This document shows, one piece after another, positions 40,101 through 54,000 of a stretch of DNA of 64,000 nucleotides. Position 1 is the stretch's first letter. Every line of letters starts with the position of its first letter. The position numbers and the translations under genes were made by a program. The stretch is from Candidatus Eiseniibacteriota bacterium (GTDB taxonomy: Bacteria; Eisenbacteria; RBG-16-71-46; SZUA-252), in the NCBI GenBank assembly GCA_963703225.1, contig OY969801.1:2336001-2400000 (forward strand), read 5' to 3'. Below the pieces are notes generated by a model that had not been told where the DNA came from, ran no database searches, and saw only the letters and a program-made list of their open reading frames with translations.

Positions 40101-43100
40101 ATTGACCCTGGCGACAAGACCGTCGCGGAGCTGACGGCGCTCAGCTTCACGGTGACGCCGACCGATTCCGACGTTCCGGCGAACGCGATCACGTGGTCGC
40201 TCGACGCCGGCGCTCCGGTCGGCGCGACGATCAACGCCGCGGGCGCGTTCAGCTGGACCCCGACCGAGGCGCAGGGACCGGGGGTCTATCCGGTCACGAT
40301 TCGAGGCACCGACAACGGAAGCCCGGCCTTGGGCGGGACCACGGCGATCACGATCACGGTGACCGAGGTGAACACGGCACCGACGGTGGCGAGCCCGGGC
40401 AACAAGACGGTCAACGAGCTCACGACGCTGTCGTTCACGGCGACGGCCACGGACGCCGATGTCCCGGCGAACACGTTCACCTGGTCGCTGGACGCGGGAG
40501 CGCCGTCGGGGGCCGCGATCGGCTCCGGAACCGGCGCGTTCTCATGGACGCCGACCGAGGCGCAGGGCCCGGGCAGCTACCCGGTCACGATCCGCGCGAC
40601 GGACAGCGGCACGCCGGCTCTGGACGACGCCGTGACGATCACGATCACGGTGAACGAGGTGAACACCGCGCCGGTGGTCACGAGCACGGGCAACCGGACC
40701 GTCGACGAGCTGACGGCTCTGACTTTCACGGTGACGGCGACGGACGTGGACGTGCCGGCCAACACGCTGTCCTGGTCGCTCGACGCGGGTGCCCCGGGCG
40801 GAGCGGCGATCAACCCTTCGACCGGCGCCTTCTCTTGGACGCCGACCGAAGCGCAGGGCCCCGGTACCTACCCGGTGACCGTCCGTGCGACGGACGGCGG
40901 GACCCCCGGCCTGAGCGGCACCGCCTCGATCACGGTGACCGTCAATGACGTCAATTCAGGGCCGGTCCTCGGGGTCATCGGGAACAAGGCGGGCACGGTG
41001 GGCGTGGCGATCACTTTCACCGCGACGGCGACCGATCCGGACGTCCCCGCCAACACGCTCAGCTTCTCGCTCGACGCGGGCGCTCCGGCCGGAGCGACGA
41101 TCAACGCGTCGACGGGCGCCTTCTCGTGGACCCCGGGCGCCAATGGGACGTTCCCGGTCACCGTCCGCGCGACGGACAGCGGGTCGCCGGCGCTCAGCGA
41201 TTTCGAAGCGATCACGATCACGGTGAGCCCGGCTCCGAACCAGCCGCCGGTGCTCGGCGCGGTCGGGAACAAGACGGTGAACGAGCTGGCGACGCTGGCG
41301 TTCACCGCGACCGCCACGGATCCGGACGCCGGGCAGACGCTGACGTTCTCGCTGGACGCCGGCAATCCGGCCGGGTCGGCGATCAACGGCACGACGGGCA
41401 CGTTCACGTGGACCCCAACCGAGGTCCAGGGCCCCGGGAGCTACCCCATCACGTTCCGAGTAACCGACAACGGAAGCGCCCCGCTGAGCGATACGGAGAC
41501 CATCACGGTCACCGTCAACGAGGTGAACGTCGCGCCGGCGCTCGCCGCGATCGGCAGCAAGACGGTGAACGAGCTGGCGACCCTCGCCTTCACCGCCACC
41601 GCGACCGATACCGATCTTCCGGCCAACGCCATCACCTTCTCGATCGACGCGGGCCCTCCGGGCGCGACCATTAGCGCTTCGACCGGGGCCTTCTCGTGGA
41701 CCCCAACCGAAGCGCAGGGTCCCTCGAGCGCCTTCCCGATCACGATTCGCGCCACCGACAGCGGAACGCCCGCGCTGAGCGATTTCGAGGGGATCGCGGT
41801 CACGGTAAACGAGGTGAACGCGGCGCCCGCGGTGGCCGATCCTGGCGACAAGACGGTCAACGAGCTGACCGCGCTCACATTCACGGCGACGGCGACGGAC
41901 TCGGATGTTCCCGCGAATTCTATCGTGTGGTCTCTCGACGCCGGCGCGCCTGCGGGGGCGACGATCAACGCCTCGACCGGCGCCTTCTGCTGGACGCCGA
42001 CCGAGGCCCAAGGACCGGGGAGCTACCCCGTCACGATCCGCGCGACGGACAACGGCACGCCCGCACTGAGCGGGACGGCCGCGATCACGGTCACGGTGAA
42101 CGAGGTAAACGCAGCCCCCGTCGTCGCGAATCCGGGCAACAAGACGGTCAACGAGCTGACGGCCCTGCTCTTCACGGTGACGGCCACCGATTCCGACATG
42201 CCGGCGAACACGATCTCGTGGTCCCTGGACGCCGGAGCTCCCGCGGGCGACGGCGATCGACGCTTCGACCGGTGCTTTCTCCTGGACGCCGACCGAGGCG
42301 CAGGGCCCGGGGACCTACCCGATCACGATCCGCGCGACCGACAACGGCACGCCAGCGCTGAGCGGAACGGCGCTCGTCACGGTCACCGTCAACGAGGTGA
42401 ACGTGGCCCCGGTCGCGACCGATCCCGGCGACAAGACGGTGAACGAGCTGACGGCGCTCACCTTCACGGTGACGGCGGCCGATGCCGACGTCCCGGCGAA
42501 CACGCGGACGTGGTCGCTGGACGCGGGCGCGCCCGCGGGGGCGACGATCGACGCTTCGACCGGCGCGTTCACCTGGACGCCGACCGAGGCGCAGGGCCCC
42601 GGGACCTATCCCGTCACGATTCGCGCGACCGACAACGGAACGCCCGCCCTGAGCGGCACGGCGGCGATCACCGCCACGGTGAACGAGGTGAACGCGGCGC
42701 CCGCGGTCACGAACCCGGGCAATCGGACCGTCAACGAGCGACGACGCTCTCCTTCTCCCTGACCGCGACCGACGCGGATCTGCCCGCGAACGCGCTCACA
42801 TGGTCGCTCGACGCGGGCGCGCCCCCGGGCGCCGCGATCAACGCCACGACGCAGACCTTCTCGTGGACCCCAACCGAGTCACAGGGCCCCGGCACCTACC
42901 CGATCACGATCCGCGCGATCGACGACGGGTCTCCTGCGCTCAGCGGAACGGCCGCCTTCACGGTCGCCGTCAGCGAGGTGAACGTGGCCCCGGCCCTCAC
43001 GCCGATCGGAAACAAGGCGGGCACCGTGGCGGTGCCGATCACCTTCACGGCGACGGCGACCGACGCGGACGTTCCGGCGAACACGGTGACCTTCTCGCTC

Positions 43101-46100
43101 GACGCGGGCGCCCCCGCAGGCGCCACGATCAACGCATCGACGGGCGCCTTCAGCTGGACCCCGGCGACGCAACGGCACCTTCCCCGTCACGATCCGGGTC
43201 ACCGACAACGGAACGCCGCCGCTCAGCGATTTCGAGGCGATCACCATCTCGGTGAGCCCCGCTCCCAACCAGACGCCGGTGCTCGGCGCGATCGGCAACA
43301 AGACGGTGAACGAGCTGACGGCGCTAGCGTTCACGGCGACCGCGACCGATCCCAACGCGGGAGACCTGCTCGCGTTCTCGCTCGACGCCGGCGCCCCGAC
43401 CGGAGCGGCGATCAACGGCTCGACGGGCGCGTTTGCCTGGACCCCAACCGAGTCGCAGGGCCCGGGCAGCTTCCCGATCGTCGTTCGGGTGACCGACAAC
43501 GGCAGCCCGACCCTCAGCGATTTCGAGACGATCACGGTCACCGTCAACGAGGTGAACACGGCCCCCGCGGTGGCGAGCCCGGGCGACAGGACGGTCAACG
43601 AGCTTTCGAACCTCGCGTTCACGGCGGGGGCGGCCGACGCGGACCAGCCGGCAAACACGCTCGCCTGGTCCCTCGACGCAGGCGCGCCGGCGGGGGCTAC
43701 GATCAACGCCGCGACGGGAGCCTTCTCGTGGACTCCGACCGAGACCCAGGGCCCGGGCGTCCATCCCGTCACGATCCGGGCGACCGACAACGGAACGCCC
43801 GTTCTGAGCGGTACCTCGGCGATCACGGTCACGGTGAACGACGTGAACGCGGCGCCCGTGCTGGCTCCGATCGGCGACAAGACCGTGAACGAGGTGGCGA
43901 CGGTCGCCTTCACGGCGACGGCCACGGACAGCGACGTGCCCGCCGGCACCGTGACCTTCTCGCTCGACGCGGGCGCTCCGACCGGCGCCACGATCAACGC
44001 CTCAACGGGAGCGTTCTCCTGGACGCCGACCGAAGCGCAGGGCCCCGGGACTTACCCGGTGACGATCCGCGCGACCGACAACGGAACGCCGTCCTTGAGC
44101 GATTTCGAGGCGATCGCCATCACGGTCAACGAGGTGAACGCCGCGCCGGTCGTGGCGAGCCCGGGAAACAAGACCGTCAGCGAGCTGGTCGCGCTCAACT
44201 TCACCGCGAGCGCAACGGACTCGGATCAGCCGGCCAACGCGCTGAGCTGGTCGCTGGACGGAGGCGCTCCCTCCGGGGCCGCGATCAATGCCTCGACAGG
44301 CGTTTTCGCGTGGACGCCTACGGAAACGCAGGGCCCAGGCACCTACCCGGTGACGATCCGCGTGACCGACAACGGAGCGCCGATTCTCAGCGGCACGGCG
44401 GCGATCGCGGTCACGGCGAACGAGGTGAACGCGGCTCCCGTGCTGGCGCCGATCGGCGACCGAACGGTGAACGAGCTGGCCGCGTTTACCTTCACGGCAG
44501 CCGCGACTGACGCCGATTTCCCCGCGAATGCCCTGGCCTTCTCGCTCGACGCGGGGGCGCCGGCCGGTGCGACGATCACCGCATCGACGGGCGCGTTCTC
44601 TTGGACGCCCTCCGAAGCGCAGGGACCCGGCACGTTCCCGATTACGATTCGGGTGACGGACAACGGGACGCCGACCCTCGATGACTCCCAGGCGTTCACC
44701 GTAACCGTGAACGAGGTGAACGGGGTGCCGGTGGTTACGAACCCTGGCGACCGAACCGTGAACGAGCAGGCGCAGCTGACCTTCACGCTGACCGCAACCG
44801 ACTCCGACGTTCCCGCGAACACGCTGACCTGGTCGCTCGACGCGGGCGCTCCCATGGGAGCCACCATCAATGCGACGACGCACGTCTTCTTCTGGACACC
44901 GACGGAAGCGCAGGGCCCCGGGGTCTACCCCATCACCGTCCGGGCGATCGACGATGGGTCGCCATCGCTGAGCGGAACCGCCGCCTTCACGATCGCGGTC
45001 AACGAAGTGAACGTCGCGCCGGTTCTCGTGCCGATCGGCAACAAGGCGGGCACCGTGGGGCTTCCAATCACGTTCACCGCCACCGCGACCGACGCCGACA
45101 ATCCGGCCAACACACTTACCTTCTCGCTCGACGCCGGGGCGCCGGCTGGCGCGACGATCAATGGCTCGACCGGGGCCTTCAGTTGGACCCCCAGCGCCAA
45201 CGGCGCGTTCCCGATCACGGTGCGGGTCACCGACAACGGTGCACTGCCGCTGAGCGACTTCGAGGTCGTGACGCTCTCGGTGAGCCCCGCCCCGAACCGG
45301 GCGCCGGTGCTCGACCCGATCGGAGACAAGACCGTGGGCGAGCTGGCGACCCTCACCTTGACGGCAACGGCGAGCGATCCTGACGGCAACGGGATGGCGT
45401 TCACCCTGGACGCGGGCGCCCCGACCGGCGCGGCGATCGGCGGGTCGGGTGCGTTCAGCTGGACTCCGACGGAGGCCCAGGGCCCGGGGAGCTACCCGAT
45501 CACGGTCCGGGTGACCGACAACGGCAACCCCAACCTGAGCGACTTCGAGACGATCACGGTCACGGTTCTCGAGGTGAACGGCGCGCCGGTGGTGGTCAGC
45601 CCTGGGAACCGGACCGTCAGCGAGCTGGCGGCTCTCAACTTCACGGTGACCGCGACCGACGCCGACGTGCCGGGGAACACGCCTTCCTGGTCGCTCGACG
45701 GGGGCGCGCCGAGCGGCGCCGGAATCAACGCCTCCACGGGCGCCTTTGCGTGGACGCCAACCGAGGCGCAGGGCCCGGGCTCCTATCCGGCGACGATCCG
45801 CGCGACCGACAACGGGACGCCAGCTCTGGACGGAGCGGCTGCGATCACCATCCTGGTCGGTGAGGTGAACGCGGCGCCCGTGTTGGCCGCGATCGGCGAC
45901 AAGACGGTGGACGAGCTGACCGCGCTGACCTTCATGGCCAGCGCATCCGACGCGGATCTCCCGGCCAACGCCTTGACCTTCTCGCTCGACGCGGGTGCGC
46001 CCGCGGGCGCGACGATCGGCGCCTCCACCGGTGCCTTCTCCTGGACTCCGACGGAGACGGACGGCCCGGGCATCCATTCCGTGACGGTCCGCGTCGTGGA

Positions 46101-47868
46101 CGACGGGTCGCCCTCGCTGAGCGACGCTGAGACGATCGCGATCACGGTCGCCGAAGCGAACTCGGCGCCGGTCCTGAACCCGATCGGCAACAAGGCTGGC
46201 GCGGTGGGCGTGCCCGTCATCTTCACTGCCACAGCGACGGATACGGACCTGCCGGCGAACTCGCTCTCCTTCTCGCTCGACGCGGGCGCGCCCGCGGGCG
46301 CGACGATCAACACCACAACGGGCGGTTTCGGCTGGATCCCGGACGCCACGGGCGTCTTCCCCGTGACCCTCCGCGTGACCGACAACGGCACGCCACCCTT
46401 GAGCGCCTTCGAGGAGATCACGATCACGGTGGGCGCGGCTCCGAACGCGGCGCCCGTCCTCGCCGGGATCGGCGACAAGACGGTGAACGAACTCGCACCA
46501 CTCGCGTTCACGGCCACGGCGACGGACCCGGACGCCGGCCAGACGTTGGCGTTCTCGCTCGACCCGGGGAACCCGACGGGCTCGGCGATCGACCCGGCGA
46601 GCGGCGTCTTCGGATGGACGCCCGCCGAGGCGCAGGGCCCGGGCTCCCATCCGGTCACCGTTCGCGTGACTGACAACGGGACTGGATTTCTGAGCGACTT
46701 CGAGACGCTCACGGTGGCGGTGAGCGAGGTGAATGGGGCGCCCGCCCTCGCTCCCATTGGAAATCAGACCGTGACCGAGGGCGCGCTGCTCGCCTTCACG
46801 GCCACCGCGACCGATGGCGACATCCCAGCCAACGCGATCGCCTTTTCGCTAGGGACCGGCGCTCCGACGGGGGCGACGATCGATCCCGGCACGGGCGCCT
46901 TCTCGTGGACTTCATCCGCGGCGGGCGTCTACCCACTCACGATCCGCGCCACCGATAATGGGGCCCCACCGCTGACGGCTTCACAGATGATCTTCATCAC
47001 CGTGGGCGATCCCACGAACCGCGCCCCGGTCCTGGCGGCGATCGGCAACCGGACGATCGACGAGTCGGTGCGATCGACCTTCACCGCGACCGCAACCGAT
47101 CCCGATTTCGGCCAGACTCGGACCTTCACGCTCGACGCCGGCGCGCCCGCCGGCGCATCCATCCATCCTGTGACCGGTGTCTTCAGCTGGACGCCGACCG
47201 ACGCCCAGGGGCCGGGCAGCTACCCCGTCACGGTGCGGGTCACGGACAACGGCCCTCCCCCGCTGAGCGATTCGGAGACGATCACGATTGCGGTGAACGA
47301 CGTGAACGCGGTCCCGGTATTGGCCCCCATCGGCAGCAAGACCGTGTTGCCCAGGGTCGCGCTCACCTTCACCGCGACTGCGACCGACCCAGACGTTCCG
47401 GTGAACACGCTGACCTTCTCGCTCGACCCTGGCGCACCGACGGGCGCGACGATCGACCCCTCGGCTGGGGCCTTCAGCTGGACGCCCGATGCGACCGGAA
47501 CGTACTTGGTGACAATCCGCGTCACGGACGACGGGAGCCCACCGCTGACCGACTTCGAGGCCATCACGATCAACGTGTCCGAGCACGCCGCGGCCACGGC
47601 CCTGCGGCCCTGCTTCCCCAACCCCTTCAGTGCCGCCACCCGCATTGACTATCGGCTCCAGGCCGAAGAGCATGTCCGGCTTGCCATCTACGACATCCGC
47701 GGCCGCGAGGTGCGGGTGCTCGTCGACGCGGTGGAGAGTGCCGGGGACCACTCCGCCGCCTGGGACGGCACCGGCAATAGCCGCAGATCGCTGGCGAGCG
47801 GCTTCTACATCTACCGCCTCAGCGCCGGCGGCGTGACGCTAACGGGGCGTGTGATCCTGGCCCGGTAG
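34192..47868 (+). CDS. Giant surface protein 1 (about 4,550 aa): signal peptide, about 45 cadherin-like/putative-Ig repeats, FlgD-Ig/T9SS-like C-terminal domain; about 7 frameshifts
   Basis: Continuous ~97-aa repeat (NxxPVL..IGNKTV.EL..L.FTATATD.D...WTPTEAQGPG.FPITIRATDNG) switching frame near 36544, 37235, 37310, 37712, 42250, 42740 and 43170. C-terminus PNPF...YDIRGREV...WDG...SGFYIYRL...GRVILAR. Confidence 0.85.
34285..47580 (+). repeat. Tandem ~291-bp coding repeat array
   Basis: Recurrent tggaccccgac(c/g)gaggcgcagggccc; a near-identical ~650-bp block at 36581-37230 is repeated at 37746-38395. Confidence 0.9.
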
Positions 47869-47896
47869 GAGCGGCGGCCGGGGACACCTCACTCGC

Positions 47897-47945
47897 CCGC
47901 AACTCGTTGAAATGAATTGACAAGAGCGCGCTCGAGGAGTAGCAT
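47897..47945 (+). promoter_or_regulatory. Promoter of giant protein 2 with conserved upstream box
   Basis: CCGCAACTCGTTGAAATGAA followed by TTGACA-N17-TAGCAT. Confidence 0.78.
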
Positions 47946-48063
47946 ACCGGGCGACTTCATGCTTATGCTGTGGGTCTTATTGCTCCCCGCCTGGCTCGAT
48001 CGCCTCGGCTTCCATCCCCGCGACCGCCTGCGCTCGGGGAGTAGCTAGCCAGGGGGGGGCCCC

Positions 48064-51000
48064 GTGATTCTCCACCGTTCATTCCGCATTTCCTTCATTT
48101 CCTCCACGCTTTCCCTGCTCACGCTTCTCGCGCTGCCCAACTCCGCACAAGCCAACGTCGTTTCGTGGATCAATGCAGCGGGCGGCAGTTGGGGAACCGC
48201 GGCCAACTGGAGCTCCAATCCGTCCCTGCCGGCCGCGTCGGACACCGTGAACATCACGCTGGCGGGCTCGTACACCGTGACGCTCAGCGTCAGCGCGACG
48301 GCTGCGAGGCTCGTGCTGGGCGGCGCGTCCGGGACGCAGACGTTATCGATAACGGGCAATTCGCTGACGCTGGACGGCCCGAGCGTCGTGAACGCCAACG
48401 GCGTCCTAACCGAGGTTTCGGGATTCATCCTAGGCAACGGAACCTTGACGGTGGACGGCATCATGAATTGGGGCGCCGGCCAGATGTCCACGTCTGGAAC
48501 CGGGGCGACGACGATCGGCTCGACGGGGGTGCTGAACCTGAACGGAACAGGTGGACAGCTCATGTCCGGACGAGCCCTGAGCAACGCGGGCACGGTGAAC
48601 TGGACGTCGGCGGCCGGCTTGGTCATGAGCTCGGGTGCGGTGGTGAATAACAGCGGGTTGTGGGACTGCCAGAGCGACGTGACGATCGCATTCGGGGGCG
48701 GCGCCGCGGTTTCGTTTAACAACACGGGCACGTTCCAGAAGTCGGCGGGTACGGGGACGACATCGCTAGGGATTCCCTACGTCAACAACGGGACGATGCA
48801 GGTGTTGACGACGGGGACACTGACGTTGCCGCTTGGTGGGACGAGCACGGGGCCGATGATCGCGGGGACGGGGGTCATCGACTTCAACGCGTCGACGCAC
48901 AACCTGAACGCGGGCACCAGCCTGAGCGGCGGGATCCACATCTCCGGCGGCACGGTGAACGTGAACACGCCTATCACGTTCAGCTCCGGGACTATGACCC
49001 AGACGGCGGGGGTGCTGGGTGGTCCCGACACGCTGACGGTGACGAGCACGTACACCTGGACCGGCGGTCAGATGACGGGGACGGGTACGACGAAGTTCAC
49101 GTCCACGGGGGTGCTGAACCTGGGCAGTGCGACGGGGGAGACGCTTTCGGGTCGGCGGCTGAGCAATGCGGGGACGGTGAACTGGACGGGGACGGGGGTG
49201 TTCGCGGTGGGCTCGGCCGCGGTGGTGAACAACAGTGGGTTGTGGGATTGCCAGAACAACGCGTCGATCATCAACGGGGGTGGTACCGCGCCCGCGTTCA
49301 ACAACCTCGGTCCGGGGACGTTCCAGAAGTCGACTTTGACGGGAACGTCATCGCTGGGGGTTCCGTACGTCAACAATGGGACGATGCAGGTGTTGACGAC
49401 GGGGACGCTGACACTGCCGTCTGGAGGGGCAAGCACGGGGCCGATGATCGCGGGGACGGGGGTCATCGATTTCAATGGGTCGACGCACAACCTAAACCCT
49501 GGCACCAGCCTGAGCGGCGGGATCCAGATCTCGGGTGGCACGGTGAACGTGAACACGCCGTTGACGTTCAGTTCCGGGACGATGACGGAGACGGCGGGGG
49601 TGCTGGGTGGTCCCGACACGCTGACGGTGACGAGCACGTACACCTGGACCGGCGGGCAGATGACGGGGACGGGTACGACGAAGTTCACGTCTACGGGGGT
49701 GCTGAACCTGGGCAGTGCGACCGGGGAGACGCTGTCGGGTCGGCGGCTGAGCAATGCGGGGACGGTGAACTGGACCGGGGCGGGAGTGTTCCAGATGCAA
49801 TCGGCCGCGGTGGTGAATAACGGCGGGTTGTGGGATTGCCAGAACAACGCGTCGATCATCAACGGGGGTGGTACCGCGCCGGCGTTCAACAACCTCGGTC
49901 CGGGGACGTTCCAGAAGTCGATCTTGACGGGAACGTCATCGCTGGGGGTTCCGTACGTCAACAATGGGACGATGCAGGTGTTGACGACGGGGACGCTGAC
50001 ACTGCCGTCTGGAGGGGCAAGCACGGGGCCGATGATCGCGGGGACGGGGGTCATCGATTTCAATGGGTCGACGCACAACCTAAACGCTGGCACCAGCCTG
50101 AGCGGCGGGATCCAGATCTCGGGCGGCACGGTGAACGTGAACACGCCGTTGACGTTCAGTTCCGGGACGATGACGGAGACGGCGGGGGTGCTGGGTGGTC
50201 CCGACACGCTGACGGTGACGAGCACGTACACCTGGACCGGCGGGCAGATGACGGGGACGGGTACGACGAAGTTCACGTCTACGGGGGTGCTGAACCTGGG
50301 CAGTGCGACCGGGGAGACGCTGTCGGGTCGGCGGCTGAGCAATGCGGGGACGGTGAACTGGACGGGGACGGGAGTGTTCCAGATGCAATCGGCCGCGGTG
50401 GTGAACAACAGTGGGTTGTGGGATTGCCAGAACAACGCGTCGATCATCAACGGAGGTGGTACCGCGCCGGCGTTCAACAACCTCGGTCCGGGGACGTTCC
50501 AGAAGTCGATTTTGACGGGGACGACATCGCTGGGGGTTCCGTACGTCAACAACGGGACGATGCAGGTGTTGACGACGGGGACGCTGACACTGCCGTCTGG
50601 AGGGGCAAGCACGGGGCCGATGATCGCGGGGACGGGGGTCATCGATTTCAATGGGTCGACGCACAACCTGAACGCGGGCACCAGCCTGAGCGGCGGGATC
50701 CACATCTCCGGCGGCACGGTGAACGTGAACACGCCGTTGACGTTCAGTTCCGGGACGATGACGGAGACGGCGGGGGTGCTGGGTGGTCCCGACACGCTGA
50801 CGGTGACGAGCACGTACACCTGGACCGGCGGGCAGATGACGGGGACGGGTACGACGAAGTTCACGTCTACGGGGGTGCTGAACCTGGGCAGTGCGACCGG
50901 GGAGACGCTGTCGGGTCGGCGGCTGAGCAATGCGGGGACGGTGAACTGGACCGGGGACGGGAGTGTTCCAGATGCAATCGGCCGCGGTGGTGAACAACAG

Positions 51001-54000
51001 TGGGTTGTGGGATTGCCAGAACAACGCGTCGATCATCAACGGGGGTGGTACCGCGCCGGCGTTCAACAACCTCGGTCCGGGGACGTTCCAGAAGTCGATT
51101 TTGACGGGAACGTCATCGCTGGGGGTTCCGTACGTCAACAATGGGACGATGCAGGTGTTGACGACGGGGACGCTGACACTGCCGTCTGGAGGGGCAAGCA
51201 CGGGGCCGATGATCGCGGGGACGGGGGTCATCGATTTCAATGGGTCGACGCACAACCTTAACGCGGGCACCAGCCTGAGCGGCGGGATCCAGATCTCGGG
51301 CGGCACGGTGAACGTGAACACGCCGTTGACGTTCAGTTCCGGGACGATGACGGAGACGGCGGGGGTGCTGGGTGGTCCCGACACGCTGACGGTGACGAGC
51401 ACGTACACCTGGACCGGCGGGCAGATGACGGGGACGGGTACGACGAAGTTCACGTCTACGGGGGTGCTGAACCTGGGCAGTGCGACGGGGGAGACGCTGT
51501 CGGGTCGGCGGCTGAGCAATGCGGGGACGGTGAACTGGACGGGGACGGGAGTGTTCCAGATGCAATCGGGCGCGGTGGTGAACAACAGTGGGTTGTGGGA
51601 TTGCCAGAACAACGCGTCGATCATCAACGGGGGTGGTACCGCGCCGGCGTTCAACAACCTCGGTCCGGGGACGTTCCAGAAGTCGATCTTGACGGGAACG
51701 TCATCCATCGGCGTCCCCTACACGAATGCAGGTACCACCCAGGTTCTGACCGGGATTCTGGCCTCCACCACGAGCTATACCCAGACGGCGGGCGCCACGA
51801 TTCTCAACGGGGGAAATCTCACTACGGCAACGCCCCTCAATATCAATGGTGGCCTCCTGTCTGGGTTCGGAACGGTCACCGGGAACGTAGCCAATGCCGG
51901 CGGCATCGTCACTCCCGGATTCTCGCCCGCCATTCTCAACGGGGTCGGCAGCTACACCCAATCCTCGGGTGGCGCCTACAACGTCGAAATCGGTGGACTG
52001 ACAGCGGGCTCGGAGTTCGATCAACTGAACATATCGGGAGCTGCGACGCTCAACGGCGCGCTCAACGTCTCCCGCATCAACGGGTTCAACCCCTCGACCG
52101 GAAACACATTCACCATCTTGACATGCGGCTCGCGCTCCGGGGTGTTCAGCACCGAGAACCTCCCCGCACTCGGTTCCAACCTTGGTTGGACGGTGACGTA
52201 TAACCCCACCTCGGTGGTCCTGAACGTCGTCTCCACAGGAAACTCGCCGCCGGTGCTGGCCGCGATCGGCAACAAGACGGTGAACGAGTTGGCACTCCTG
52301 GCTTTCACGGCGACCGCGACGGATCCCGACGCGGGCCAAACGGTTGCGTTTTCCTTGGACGCCGGCGCGCCCGCGGGCGCCACGATTGGCGCCTCGACCG
52401 GTGCCTTCGCCTGGACCCCGACCGAAGTGCAGGGCCCTGGCGTCTTCCCGGTCACCATCCGCGCGACCGACAACGGGGGGCCCCCGCAGAGTGATTCCGA
52501 GACGATCACGGCGACTGTGAGCGAGGTGAACGTGGCGCCGGTCCTGGCCGCCATAGGAAACAAGACGACGAACGTGGGCGTCCCAGTGGCCTTCACGGCC
52601 ACGGCGACCGACGCGGATCTCCCTGCGAATTCGCTCGCCTTTTCATTGGACGCGGGCTTCCCCACCGGCGCCGCGATCAATCCGACGACCGGAGCGTTCT
52701 CGTGGACACCCACCGCGGGGCAGGTCGGCAACAACGCCATGACGGTTCGCGTCGCGGACAATGGAACGCCTCCGCTCAGCGGATCCGAATTTGTCACCGT
52801 GACCGTGAACCCCGCGCTCAATCAACCGCCCGTCCTCGCCACAATTGGGGATAAGACCGTGAACGAATTGGCGACGTTGGCCTTCACGGCGTCGGCGACC
52901 GACCCGGATGCGGGACAGACGATCGCGTTTTCTCTGGACGCGGGCGCAGCTCCAGGAGCTGGGATCAACGCGGCTACGGGCGCCTTCTCTTGGACGCCCA
53001 CTGAGGCACAGGGCCCCGGGAGCTTCCCCGTCACGATCCGGGCGACCGACAACGGCACGCCTCCGATGAGCGATTTCGAGGTGATCACGGTCACCGTGAA
53101 CGAGGTGAACGTGGCGCCGGTTCTTGCCGCGATCGGAAACAAGACGGTGAGCGAGCTGGTCGCGTTGACCTTTACCGCCACGGCCACCGACGCCGATCTT
53201 CCGACCAACACGCTGGCCTTCTCGCTCGACGCGGGTGCTCCGGCCGGCGCGACGATCAATGGCTCGACGGGCGCCTTCAGCTGGACCCCCACCGAGGCGC
53301 AAGGCCCGGGGAGCTTCCCCATCACGATTCGGGCGACGGACAATGGCGCCCCGCCGATGAGCGACTTCGAGGTGATCACGGTCACCGTGAACGAGGTGAA
53401 CGTGGCGCCGGTTCTTGCCGCGATCGGAAACAAGACGGTGAACGAGCTGGTCGCGTTGACGTTTACCGCCACGGCCACCGACGCCGATCTTCCGACCAAC
53501 ACGCTGACCTTCTCGCTCGACGCGGGTGCTCCGGCCGGCGCGACGATCAATGGCTCGACGGGCGCCTTCAGCTGGACCCCCACCGAGGCGCAAGGCCCGG
53601 GGAGCTTCCCCATCACGATTCGGGCGACGGACAATGGCGCCCCGCCGATGAGCGACTTCGAGGTGATCACGGTCACCGTGAACGAGGTGAACGTGGCGCC
53701 GGTTCTTGCCGCGATCGGAAACAAGACGGTGAACGAGCTGGTCGCGTTGACGTTTACCGCCACGGCCACCGACGCCGATCTTCCGACCAACACGCTGACC
53801 TTCTCGCTCGACGCGGGTGCTCCGGCCGGCGCGACGATCAATGGCTCGACGGGCGCCTTCAGCTGGACCCCCACCGAGGCGCAAGGCCCGGGGAGCTTCC
53901 CCATCACGATCCGGGCGACGGACAATGGCGCCCCGCCGATGAGCGATTTCGAGGTGATCACGGTCACCGTGAACGAGGTGAACGTGGCGCCGGTGGTCAC

